From: Anolis carolinensis
Lineage: Eukaryota
Assembly (NCBI RefSeq): GCF_035594765.1
Contig: NC_085841.1
Coordinates: 83,065,574 to 83,129,573 of the forward strand
Length of the DNA: 64,000 nt
Direction: 5' to 3'
In this document: in pieces, positions 49,153 through 60,338 of the stretch
How the letters are laid out: every line of letters begins with the position of its first letter
How positions within the stretch are numbered: the first letter of the stretch is position 1
Notes under the pieces: model-generated
Told to the model about the DNA's origin: nothing
Seen by the model: only the letters and a program-made list of their open reading frames with translations
Database searches by the model: none
Position numbers and translations under genes: made by a program

Positions 49153-49410
49153 TTGGACCTCCTTCCTGGGTGGAGGTGCTGGACCTGGCTGTGGACACTA
49201 GGAGGCGCCTGGTGGAGATGGCATCACAACCTCCTCGAAGCCCTCCTGACCTCCTACATCGCTTGCAAGGTGCTGGAATCCATGCCAGGATCCATCAAGA
49301 GTGCTCCTGGACCAGAACCAGCCCCCACCAGCGGTGAGGAAGACAAAGATCTGTGGACAGCTGAGCTGGGAGACGACCTGAAGGTGTTGTTCCGGAAAAC
49401 ACCTCCTCAG
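49153..49410 (+). pseudogene. pol: Degenerate integrase C-terminal remnant
   Basis: ALLTSYIACKV / AGIHARIH / IKSAP...LWTAELGDDLKVLFRK resembles the class I IN end VLLTTPTAVKVxGxxxWIHxxRVKxA...EPLEDLRLLFKR; frameshifted. Confidence 0.65.
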
Positions 49411-49803
49411 GGCCCGCCGCCCGCGAACTGTCCTGACCCACACCCTCCCGAGGCCCGGAGAAAGACCAAAAGCCAGAGACCAAAGCACAAGACCCTCTCC
49501 AAGGACCTCTCCAAATTCCATCCTTCTAGCTCCACGGGAACACCCCCATTTGGACCTACAAACATTTGACAGCTCGCTTTGACAGCTGTCAAATCGGCCC
49601 TCACTTCAACCCCCGCTCGGAAGAACTGAATACCTTAGTTTCCCGGCTGGGAGCTGTCCGGCGTGCTGAATCAGGAGCCGTGAGTTCTAATTTTCACTCT
49701 ATTTTTTTTCTCCTTGGGAGCTGTCCGGGGTACTAACCCTAACCCTAATTCTCATTTCCTCTCTAACCCTCCCTGTCAATTCTAGCCCGGTGTTGTCCAT
49801 TAG

Positions 49804-50718
49804 CTTCCCATTGACAACTCTCTAAATTACACACATAGAGAAAAACTGTCTCATTTGAATGCCCATTTGGTCCTGCCCCCAGGATGGTTTTTCCTGTGTG
49901 GACAGACAGCCTATGGTTATCTACCTGCCAATACCTCCATGGGGAATTGTGCATTGGGTAGGCTGTCTCTTTTTATGCCCTCCAAGAACGACTTAGAGTT
50001 GGCACACTCTTTGGGTCGGAAGGCAAGATCCATTCAGAACTTGGACCCGAATTGTGACCCCTCAGTAGTGCTAAAAGGTATCCCACAATTTGTGGCGGCT
50101 GCATTATTCACTCCTGGAGTGGCCTCAGCCATGAATTATAGGGCCATAAAGCACCTGGCCTGCGCTCTGGTCAAAAACATCAATTATACCTCTCAAGCCT
50201 TGGCATCAGTGGCAAAGGAAAGGCATGAGCTGCAGGAGGCTGTATTAGATAACAGGGCAGCTATTGATTTCCTCCTATTGAAAAACCACTATGGCTGTGA
50301 GAGTGTAAGGCACATGTGCTGCTTTAATTTGACAGACCAGACTCCTATGATTCATAAATCCATTGAGGGTTTGAATGATTTGGCCTCAGGAATTAAGGAG
50401 ACGACTGGATTCGACCTTAGTTTTCTGACCGATTGGCTCCCCTCTTTAGACTGGTTGAGGAAAGGTTTTCTCCTCTTTCTAGCCGTAATCCTTTTCCTTC
50501 TAATAATAAGCTGTTGCTGGTCGCATTTGCCCGCTCTGTTCCAAATTTGTCGCAAAAAGAACCATTCGAATCCCTCTCAGCAGATGGCCATGCTGCCGCT
50601 AAGAGGTTATAATGCTTATGCGGTAGGGCAGGGGCGAAGTGGGCTCCTCCCATCTTCGCCCCGCCCTTACCGAGTGGGGAATATGATGGCCGTCACCCCA
50701 GCTTTCAAATTGATTTGA
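49804..50718 (+). CDS. env: Retroviral envelope: SU C-terminus plus complete TM, alpharetrovirus(ASLV)-type; no obvious initiator or signal peptide (first ATG 49939)
   Basis: Frame open from the TAG at 49801-49803 to the TGA at 50716-50718. Motifs: [20 protein letters not shown], cleavage site RKAR (50017-50028), Cys-flanked internal fusion peptide, ISD [12 protein letters not shown], CX6CC (CESVRHMCC), membrane anchor [15 protein letters not shown]. Confidence 0.9.
   Translation, partial: [304 protein letters not shown]
50672..50683 (+). other. Polypurine tract
   Basis: GAGTGGGGAATA immediately before the 3' LTR TG. Confidence 0.8.
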
Positions 50719-52698
50719 AAACGCAGCAGAGAGTTCCATAGATTACTCTCCAAAAGAACGGAGCGGGACCGCAACAGACTATTATTAAAAGACCTTTTTT
50801 CCTTCATTTTCCTCTTCCCTGAACTATGTAACAAATCCCCCCAATAAAAGTAGCATTTATTTTAACAATAACACTCTCTATCTGGTTATTTTGTATCTTT
50901 CCCTGACTCCTTCCTTCGCATGCAATCGCTCTCTCTCCCTCCCGTCCTTTTAACTCCGGCTGAGATTCCCTGCCATAGATTAACATGGCGGTCGATATAA
51001 ATTGGCTCATATCTCTATCAAAATTACCCCTAGAACGCTCCTCTTTTAGTCTTAACCCTTTCTAAGGCTCCTGACTCGAAGACAACCAGCAGACCCGGAA
51101 TCGGTCCAGTTTTCGGCATCTCAACAGCTGACTGTCAAACAGAACCGCGTTTCTTTCCAAGCCAAGTTGCTGCTTTATCCCGGGGTTTTCTCTCCCCGCG
51201 ACTCGCGGAATGGTTCTCCCTGGCCCCTTTCTGTGAAATGGGGATGGGGGGATCGCTCTCTCGCTGGGGAGACATAGTTCACCAAGGACCCTCACCCTCT
51301 ACAGCTGCCAGGGGATGCCCGGACGGGGGGCCCTCCACGTTTCATTCATAATTTCATAATTTTATGAAGGAGAAGAACACTCTTCCTCAGACCTACCCCT
51401 GGGACTTATGAAATCCTATACTTCCAAGGACTACAACATACATGTGTCCCTTCCCCATGCCATCTCTATGAATTCCTTATGAACTCTTTCCCCTCATGTA
51501 TTTGTGAATTTTCATATTCTATGTACATGACTCACTGTTGTATGAATTTCAAATCGTTGGGCTAACTTCATGAATTGTGAAATCATGCTGCTTGAACCCC
51601 ACTTCTATGTTGGATTCCCCAGATGTTGTGTACTTCGTTCTTATCAAATGTTTTCAAATGTCTATATCATTCATGATTCCCCTTTATGCAATGTCACCCA
51701 CCTTTATGGATTCTTCTTTATTTTCTTGAAAGCTGCCTATCTGCCTATATGTATTTATACTCTTTGGGATCCCCGGAAAATATGTGTTTTTCCCAGCTGG
51801 GTTTATATTCCAACTTTATTTTTAATTTCCATTTTATCCCATATAATTGGCAGATCATGAAATCAAATGGGAAATATTATGACCCCAACCTGAACTCTAG
51901 CCCCATGACTCAAACCTCCCTTCCCAAAAACAAAAGGATAATCTGCCACAGTTTAATCCAATCTCATTCCGATCGCATGGACAATATAGGGTTTAGAGTC
52001 ACCAAATTCCTAAAGGTGACTCACCCCCAAGGCAAACATCGTCATATTCCAGGCCAGGACGCCGCTGGAAGGCACCCTGTGGGGCCGTCAATGATGGCTC
52101 ATCAACACCCATCACCCCTTCCTGTCTGACACCCCAAAGACATATCTAAAATCTGCGAACGTGACAGGACCCCGGACATCCTTGATGGGTGTCATTAATT
52201 CCTTTAGAAATTGGCTGGGCCAGAATTAATCCGATGTTTCCTGTCCGGTCACCGCATTGTTTCTATAGCTCCCGCCTCCTCCTCTCTGATTGGCCCAAGG
52301 GGGGACGGAAAACGGCTCCCCATTGGGCCAGCAGGGCAAGGCGGGAAACGAAAGCCCGCCTCGTTCAACCTCTCAGCCTATCCGCGATCAGATGGGCAGG
52401 GAAGCGGGGCGGGAAATTCAAAGGGCTGTCAGACCGAAACATTGTATAAATATGACTTTATTTGAAACATATGTTACGCTAGTGGATTGAATGATCACTA
52501 TTAGCGTCCTTTTCAGCTGAATTGCTCAATAAAACTCCTTGGCGGATTTTCCTTCAACGTGGCGGACCTTCTTCATTTCAGGCTTCAGGTTGTATTGCGG
52601 CTTATATTCTTCTTTTGGCTTCGCCAAGGTCCGTTCCCTCAGGACCGGATCGGCTTCCTTCTAAAGGGGCCCGATCCCCCCAAACGCGGTCGACAACA
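50684..52698 (+). repeat. 3' LTR, 2015 bp
   Basis: Appears identical to the 5' LTR; every fully internal ORF in the track recurs with identical translation at +6423. Confidence 0.96.
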
Positions 52699-52702
52699 AA
52701 AG

Positions 52703-52985
52703 AATCATAAAATTGGACAGCATCCCAAGTGCAATCTGGTCCAATCCCTTGCCATGCAGGAACACACAATTAAAGAACTCCTAACCGATGGACTGATGGC
52801 CATTCAACCTCTGATCAAAACCTCAAAAGGAGACACCACTGCACTCCAAGGCAGCATATTCTGCTGTCGAACAGCATTTACTTTTGGTAACTTCTTCTTA
52901 GTATGCAGATAGAATCCCTTTTCCAGTAGTTTGTTTCCATTGCTCCATGTCCTAGTCTCTAAAGCAGCAGAAAATAAGTCTACTC
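52703..52985 (-). mobile_element. Old CR1 3' fragment abutting the ERV insertion site
   Basis: Degenerate similarity to the start of 57494-57800. Confidence 0.65.
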
Positions 52986-54314
52986 CATGTGAAAGGGTCC
53001 AGCGTTATCCATTCCGGCAGTTAGTTGCCACTGCAGATGCAGGGAGGAATCCTGTCCCATCGCCTGGAGTGACGTCAGCCAGGGCAGCAGAGCGATGCAG
53101 GAGGTGACGAAGGGAAAGAAGAGGAATTGTCCCCTCTTCTCTCCACTCCCTTCTCTAATCACCTCACCACTCCAGCCAGCATCACTCCAGGCAACGAGTG
53201 ATCGGTATGACCCGTGTCACATCAACTGGCTTCTGCAACCACGAGAATGGAAGAGTGAGTGCCATCCCTGGTGCCCCGGCCACTTGTGTAAACATTTGTG
53301 TCTGGTTCTGTCTTGGAACTGATCCACTGTTTATATAGGCACAAAGTTACAGTTTACTCCAGATTCTGGAGAAGCATTTGGAGCACCCCACGACTGCTTA
53401 ACACAGTTCAAGCTTACGTTAAGTAGCTCTGGCCTGCATTAAACCAAATCAGCTCCTTGCATCATTTAGCCACCACAGAATTGGCTTGCTGGCCCTTCAC
53501 ACTAAATAGCCGATGTAGATGTTCCCCATATTGGGTAGCAGTTTTGGGGTGTCATGAAAAGACAACAAATTGTAAGTTCTTTGTAAGCTATTCACTGCCA
53601 GAGTTGAAGACAGAGTTTGTATGATTTTCTGCATCATATATCATGCTTTTGCCTGACATTGAACATTTTGATCTTCATGATTCAATACACTATGTGCTAT
53701 TGTGCCTCAACCAGCAACATGTCCTTTATGTGAACATTTCCTTCTACATTTCAGTGGAAGGATTTGTTGGGCATTTTAAATGCTATTTTTATTAGATCTT
53801 TACTAGCTTTAAAACATAGCCTTTTGATCCAAGGTGCTCATGAGGGAACACACAGAATAGCGGCAGAAGAATGCTGGCAACAATCATAAAAATAAAGAAA
53901 TGTAAAATCTCAACAATTCAGTAAAATACACAAACTTAAAACAGAAAAAAAGATGAAAAAACCTTTAGATCTCATACCAAACTTTGCTACACACAAGGCA
54001 TTCCTCACAATGATAGAAACTGAGAACAGTATTGCTCAGGGGAAAAGAACAGAAAGCAGTCACTGAAGATTAACCCTGTTTTCTTATCTTAGTAAGAAAA
54101 GCACTTTTACATTTTACCAGTGTTTGAAGCTGAAGGCAGGTAAGTTTTTCGTAATTTATACATCTGGGGACTCTGAAGAGCTTCATTCTTATTAAAGCAA
54201 TATTTCCTTGGTATGCTTTAAAAAACATGCCATCTTTTTTAACAATTAAAATACATTGTCCACCTGTGTTTCTTGTTTCCTCTTATTCAAAATGAATTAG
54301 TGTTCAGACCCAAC

Positions 54315-54990
54315 ATAGTTTAGTGCCTTGAGCACTGCAGTATGACTTTGGAGACCAGGGTTTCAATCCCCACTTGGCCATGAAAACCACCAGATAACCT
54401 TGGGCCACTCATACTCTTGCAGTCATAGAATCATAGAATCATAGACTAGTAGAGTTGGAAGACACCTCATGGGCCATCCAGTCCAACCCCCCACTAAGAA
54501 GCAGGAAATCGCATTCAAAGCACCCCTGACAGATGGCCATCCAGCCTCTGCTTAAAAGCCTCCAAAGAAGGAGCCGCCTCCACCACGGCCCCGGGGAGGG
54601 AGTTCCACTGTCGAACAGCTCTCACAGTCAGGAAGTTCTTCCTGATGTCCAGGTGGAATCTCCTTTCCTGTAGTTTGAAGCCATTGTTCCGTGTCCTAGT
54701 CTGCAGGGCAGCAGAAAACAAGCTTGCTCCCTCCTCCCTATGGCTATCATGTCTCCTCTCAGCCTTCTCTTTTGCAGGCTAAACATGCCCAGCTCTTTAA
54801 GCCGCTCCTCATAGGGCTTGTTCTCCAGACCCTTAATCATTTTAGTTGCCCTCCTCTGAACGCTTTCCAGCTTGTCACAGAAGAAGGCAAAGAAAAACCT
54901 CTTCAGAGTAAATCTTGCCGGGAAGACCTCATGAAAGGTTAGTATTAGAGTTGCTATAGGTTGAAAATGCCTTGCAGCAACAGCAATTAC
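54315..54990 (+). mobile_element. Older tRNA-derived SINE split by the CR1 fragment
   Basis: B-box-like GGTTTCAATCCC in the head; body resumes after 54877; similar to 10665-10860. Confidence 0.6.
54423..54877 (-). mobile_element. CR1 3' fragment (same family as 57494-59287), inserted in an older SINE
   Basis: Near-identical to 57494-57964 apart from small indels; AATCATAG tail. Confidence 0.92.
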
Positions 54991-55005
54991 TACTACTACT
55001 ACTAC

Positions 55006-55326
55006 CAGAGGCAGTCCACCGCCGAGGCCAATGAAGCGGCCACTTGTGGCGCATTGTTCCTGGGAGCGCCGTCGAGACGCACCCACAGTGGCGGCGGCGG
55101 AGCACAGGACCATCGGCTCACCAAACCGCTGAACGCCTTCCTGGCAAGGCCTTGCGAGAAGCACGTTCTCAGGAAGCTTCCTTCCACCGTTTACAGCGGC
55201 TGGAGAGAGCGCTCACCCGCAGCTGCCGCCGCCACCGGTTTGTGTGTGAGGGGGGCACAAAATTTTGGGGGGGGGGCAGCGAAATTAGGTTCGCTTAGTA
55301 GGTCAAATTACCTAGAGCCGGTTCTG
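55006..55326. mobile_element. Non-autonomous hAT element (same family as 20343, opposite orientation)
   Basis: TSD ACTACTAC (54998-55005, 55327-55334); left end matches the reverse complement of 20720-20795. Confidence 0.85.
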
Positions 55327-55829
55327 ACTACTACTGTCTCTTCCTGTTGCTACTTTTGATACAAGAAGGCACGGCTTTTGGCGATTTCACCCAGGAACAA
55401 CAGGCCAGCCCTCATCCTGATTCCTGTACTCTGACCATGGTGAACTACAACCTGAATAAGTCTTGCAGGGTTGTTAGGAATTCTCCATTCAGGTTGCACT
55501 GCAGCAGGAGGATGCAGCCCATGCAAAGGAACACATGACACAACTAATGAAAGGTTGCAGGCTTATCAAAACAACTCTTTGTAATTGAGAAGAATCTACA
55601 AGACCACATAATGGTCTCCACGTTTCTGCTACTGTATGGTGATTCCTTGTTCCGGATTAGAATGATGTTCTAGTCAACCGTAACCACTTCTCCTGAGTTG
55701 TCTTGCCTTTAGAAATTGATGCAGTTTTCACTATATCTATTTTTCAGTATTTCCAAATATCCCACTTCTAAAAATTCCTATTACTGGACTCCTGCACCAA
55801 TCTAGGAAGATGGGGAGTTTTGTCATATA

Positions 55830-56046
55830 GTAGGGCCTTGGTATTCACTGTGATTTTATTCCATAACCACCACCATCACCCCATGTATGCTAAAATTCAT
55901 GGAAGTTCAAATCCCATCATATACAATAGTGTAGTAAAATGATGTCCCTTATATAAAATGGCAAAATTGCTTTTTGAATATCCTTTTGGAACATGGGTGG
56001 TTGAATCCATAGATGCAAAATCCATAGATATGGAGGGCCGATTGTA
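55830..56046. mobile_element. Old Tigger-like MITE (related decayed copies near 14175-14390, 25870-25960, 39365-39560, 43860-43981)
   Basis: Right end GGATATGGAGGGCCGATTG-TA; shared ATCCATGGATA motifs. Confidence 0.55.
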
Positions 56047-56197
56047 TTTGTAACCCACCCATTCATTTGTGACAGGAGAGCAAAAAATATGATGGAACTT
56101 CTCCCATATACCCTAGAGGGCATTGAAGAAATTTGGCAAAAATTAAACGGTTTTAAAAATCAAGATGTGAACAGGGAATGGCTTTTTGGTTGTTCAC

Positions 56198-56967
56198 TGT
56201 TGCGGAAAAAGGTCACTTTGGCCCATGAGAAGTATCAAGAATAGTCCAAACAGGATTCATTTCCAAGACATGAAACAATCTGGAAACCACAGGAAACAAG
56301 GCTAGAATACAGGATCAATCTCCAATATAATCCAAGGTAAACAAGGCTAGAGTGGAGGATCAAACTCCAATATAATCCAAGGTATTGGAAAGCCACATGG
56401 CAAAGTCACAGGAGTATTCAACTGGATTCAAAGGCAGAAACAAAGCAGGAACTTGAATCAAAATCCACAGCTGCAAGGCATACAAGAACACGGAGAAAAT
56501 GTCTTTCTCTCTTGAATTTCAAAGTTGACACTTCTGCTGTGCAGAGAAAGGACCAGGCATTTAAGGAAAACCCAAGGTCTCCCTTCCATGGGAACACTAT
56601 TTCTCTCATGAGAAAACTACTCATTAGCGTGCTTCAGAAGCAGTCGTTTACTCCTTCGTAAACATTCACACTCCCTTCTTCAATAGGTGGTCACCTCCTG
56701 TCAAACACATTATCCTCCTCTAAACTAGAATGTCCATCTTGCAGCTGGTGAACTGGCCTTGACTGTGGAGAGGAATGTGGTTCAGAATGCCTGCTTGCAA
56801 CCATTCTGTCTGTGGGTACCAGAATCCACTGGAATAGACTCTGGCTGCATTTTAGGCCCAAAGTCTAGCTGAATGTCCGCCCAACCCGTGAGTCCTCTAG
56901 CAAAGCAGGTGCAGGGACAATTACTGGCTGAATGGGCCCGATCTCAGGCTCAGGCTGAACTACAACA
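56198..56967 (-). mobile_element. Probable solo LTR (Gypsy-like); no TSD found
   Basis: TGTTG...CAACA termini; short internal tandem repeats; composition like 24251-25397. Confidence 0.55.
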
Positions 56968-57493
56968 GAGGCACGCTCGCTCCCCTTCTTCCTTGGGCGC
57001 AACTTCAGACTGAGGCAGAGAAGCAGCATTGAGAGTGGAAGGCGAAGGCGTGCCCCTGAGGCCCGCCCCTGGCGCACACCCCACACAATCCCACCGCCTT
57101 CAGGACAGAGCGAACAGCGCCGAAGCGAAGAAGGATGGACTACTCTCACACAGAGAGAGACAGGCATATGTAAAATAAACAATAAACTATACTCATGAAA
57201 TGTAAAAACAAAAACATTCACATATTCAAATACAAGGTTGTGTCCATATTTCAAAGCAATTTGTGAAGTATTTTGGGAGTTTGAACAAATGAACATTTAC
57301 ATTATTAGTTATATAGATACAATAAACAAATCTACAAATAAAGACTGCATACACTATCAATATAAACTCATTAAACACACTAAAACACTGCTATATTTGA
57401 AGAAGACAATATTGACATGTATTTGCTTTTGTATACATGATACTATGTAGAATCCATAAATCCGCGGGGGGGGGGGGGGGGGCTGTATGCACA

Positions 57494-59287
57494 AATCATA
57501 GAATCATAGAATAGTAGAGTTGGAAGAGACCTCATGGGCCATCCAGTCCAACCCCCTGCTAAGAAGCAGGAAATCGCATTCAAAGCACCCCCGACAGATG
57601 GCCATCCAGCCTCTGCTTAAAAGCCTCCAAGGAAGGAGCCTCCACCACAGCCCGGGGGAGAGAGTTCCACTGTCGAACAGCCCTCATAGTGAGGAAGTTC
57701 TTCCTGATGTTCAGGTGGAATCTCCTTTCCTGTAGTTTGAAGCCATTGTTCCGTGTCCTAGTCTGCAGGGCAGCAGAAAACAAGCTTGCTCCCTCCTCCC
57801 TATGACTTCCCTTCACGTATTTGTACATGGCTATCATGTCTCCTCTCAGCCTTCTCTTCTGCAAGCTAAACATGCCAAGCTCTTTAAGCCGCTCCTCATA
57901 GGGCTTGTTCTCCAGACCCTTAATCATTTTAGTTGCCCTCCTCTGGACGCTTTCCAGCTTGTCAACATCTCCCTTCAACTGTGGTGCCCAAAATTGGACA
58001 CAGTATTCCAGGTGTGGTCTGACCAAGGCAGAATAGAGGGGGAGCATGACTTCCCTGGATCTAGACGCTATTCCCCTATTGATGCAGGCCAGAATCCCGT
58101 TGGCTTTTTTAGCTGCTGCATCACATTGTTGGCTCATGTTTAACTTGTTGTCCACGAGGACTCCAAGGTCTTTTTCGCACACACTGCTGTCAAGCCAGGC
58201 GTCCCCCATTCTGTATCTTTGATTTCCATTTTTTCTGCCAAAATGAAGTATCTTGCATTTGTCCCTGTTGAACTTCATTTTGTAAGTTTCGGCCCATCTC
58301 TCTAGTCTGTCAAGATCGTTTTGAATTCTGCTCCTGTGTTCTGGAGTGTTGGCTATCCCTCCCAGTTTTGTGTCGTCTGCAAACTTGATGATCGTGCCTT
58401 CTAACCCTTCTAAGTCGTTAATAAAGATGTTGAACAGAACCGGGCCCAGGACGGAGCCCTGCGGCACTCCACTTGTCACTTCTTTCCATGATGAAGACGA
58501 CGCATTGGTGAGCACCCTTTGGGTTCGTTCGCTTAGCCTATTACAGATCCACCTAACCGTAGTTTTGTCTAGCCCACATTTTACTAGTTTATTTGCCAGA
58601 AGGTCGTGGGGGACTTTGTCGAAGGCTTTACTGAAATCCAGGTACGCTACATCCACAGCATTCCCTGTATCGACCCAACTCGTAACTCTATCGAAAAAAG
58701 AGATCAGATTAGTCTGGCATGACTTGTTTTTGGTAAATCCGTGTTGACTATTAGCAATGACCGCATTTGTTTCTAAGTGTTTGCAGACCACTTCCTTGAT
58801 GATCTTTTCCAGAATCTTGCCTGGTATCGATGTGAGGCTGACCGGACGGTAATTGTTTGGGTTGTTCTTTTTTCCCTTCTTGAAGATAGGGACCACATTC
58901 GCCCTCCTCCAATCTGCTGGGACTTCTCCCGTTCTCCAAGAACTCTCGAAGATAATTGCTAGTGGTTCTGAAATAACTTCCGCTAATTCCTTCAATACTC
59001 TTGGATGTAGCTGATCTGGCCCTGGGGACTTGAATTCATTTAGGGAGGCCAGGTGTTCCTGGACAACTTGTTTCCCTATTTGGGGTTGGATTTCCCCAGT
59101 CTTTCATCCATTCCATGTTGCTGAGGTTGAAGATGGCTTTCTTTTTGTGAGAAGACCGAGGCAAAGAAGGCATTGAGCAGTTCTGCCTTTTCCCTGTCCC
59201 CTGTCGCCATCACCCCATCTTCTCCTTGCAGAGGCCCTATTGCCTCCTTTTTCTTCCTTTTTCTACCAACGTAAGCAAAAAAGCCTT
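57494..59287 (-). mobile_element. CR1 LINE, young, 5'-truncated
   Basis: ORF2 homology from about 59287 with a frameshift near 59100; 3' tail of CTATGATT octamers (AATCATAG on +). Confidence 0.95.
57580..58995 (-). CDS. CR1 ORF2 reverse transcriptase domain and C-terminus (partial, 471 codons open)
   Basis: [50 protein letters not shown]. Confidence 0.92.
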   Translation of the reverse strand: MKELAEVISEPLAIIFESSWRTGEVPADWRRANVVPIFKKGKKNNPNNYRPVSLTSIPGKILEKIIKEVVCKHLETNAVIANSQHGFTKNKSCQTNLISFFDRVTSWVDTGNAVDVAYLDFSKAFDKVPHDLLANKLVKCGLDKTTVRWICNRLSERTQRVLTNASSSSWKEVTSGVPQGSVLGPVLFNIFINDLEGLEGTIIKFADDTKLGGIANTPEHRSRIQNDLDRLERWAETYKMKFNRDKCKILHFGRKNGNQRYRMGDAWLDSSVCEKDLGVLVDNKLNMSQQCDAAAKKANGILACINRGIASRSREVMLPLYSALVRPHLEYCVQFWAPQLKGDVDKLESVQRRATKMIKGLENKPYEERLKELGMFSLQKRRLRGDMIAMYKYVKGSHREEGASLFSAALQTRTRNNGFKLQERRFHLNIRKNFLTMRAVRQWNSLPRAVVEAPSLEAFKQRLDGHLSGVL

Positions 59288-60015
59288 AGATAAGGTTTTG
59301 TACATATATTTTTATTCTACTGTTGTTTCTTTTCATCTGTAGTCTTGTTTTTTATCTTTTTAATAAATAAATTGTATAGTAAAAATGGATACTGAATTTT
59401 AATATAGATCATTTTTCAGGTTGTACAATATTAGTTTAAAAACATGGCATTATTCACTAGGTATATCCCAATTTTCAATGGCTATTTTATTATCTTAAAT
59501 TGAAATTTATTTCCTTTTTTATTGTTTACAAGCATATTTACTTGACATTGTCCAGGTGTCAGAGGGGCCACTGCTCTCTACCTTTTCCCCATTTCCTTTC
59601 TCTTCACTGCTTCCTTCCTTTTTCTTCCCCTTGCCTGCCTTCTCCTTGCCTTTTTCCTCTTTTTTCTTTCTTTTCTTCCTCCCTTACCCTCTCCTTCCTC
59701 CCTTCTCCAGTTTTGAGAAATTCTACATCATAATGTCTCCATGGTAACATGGCTCTCTCTGTGACTTTTTCCTTCCATCCTCACTTTCCCTCATACATGT
59801 CACCTTTCTTTACCAGTGACATCACAAATACCACTTTGCCTAGCAATAGCCAATCGCTCAACTACTAACAGCCAATCCATTGATAACACAAAAGACCACT
59901 GGATTGTTATGTAGCAACAGCCCTTGTGGTCCAGCCAGACAGATGGACAGACAGACTTTGATTTTTATGCATATAGATTATCATCCCCCCCCCCCCCCGG
60001 ACCAAAATTCTAGTA

Positions 60016-60338
60016 CAGTAGAGTCTCGCTTATCCAACGTAAAGGGGCCGGCAGAATGTTGGATAAGCGAATATGTTGGATAATAAGGAGAGATTAAGGA
60101 AAAGCCTATTAAACATCAAATGAGGTTATGATTTTACAAATTAAGCACCAAAACATCATGTTATACAACAAATTTTACAGAAAAAGTAGTTCAATACACA
60201 GTAATGCTATGTAGTAATTACTGTATTTACGAATTTAGCACCAAAATATCATGATATATTGAAAACATTGACTACAAAAATGCGTTGGATAATCCAGAAC
60301 GTTGGATAAACGAGTGTTGGATAAGTGAGACTCTACTG
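60016..60338. mobile_element. Tc1/mariner-pogo MITE
   Basis: TIR CAGTAGAGTCTC(G/A)CTTATCCAAC; TA TSD. Confidence 0.92.

Larger units (their letters stand above)
44261..52698 (+). mobile_element. Endogenous retrovirus provirus, non-autonomous (LTR-PBS-degenerate gag-IN remnant-env-PPT-LTR), 8438 bp
   Basis: Direct repeats at offset 6423 with TG...CA ends; 4-bp TSD AAAG (44257-44260, 52699-52702); PBS, PPT and env motifs. Confidence 0.97.

Noticed and set aside
49733-49748. Telomeric (CCCTAA)n in the ERV
   Set aside because: Under three units; better explained as branch-point-like repeats
44261-52698. 2-kb direct repeat as a segmental duplication or pure assembly error
   Set aside because: TG..CA ends, TSD, PBS and PPT sit exactly at the repeat boundaries, so these are LTRs; only their exact identity could be an assembly artefact
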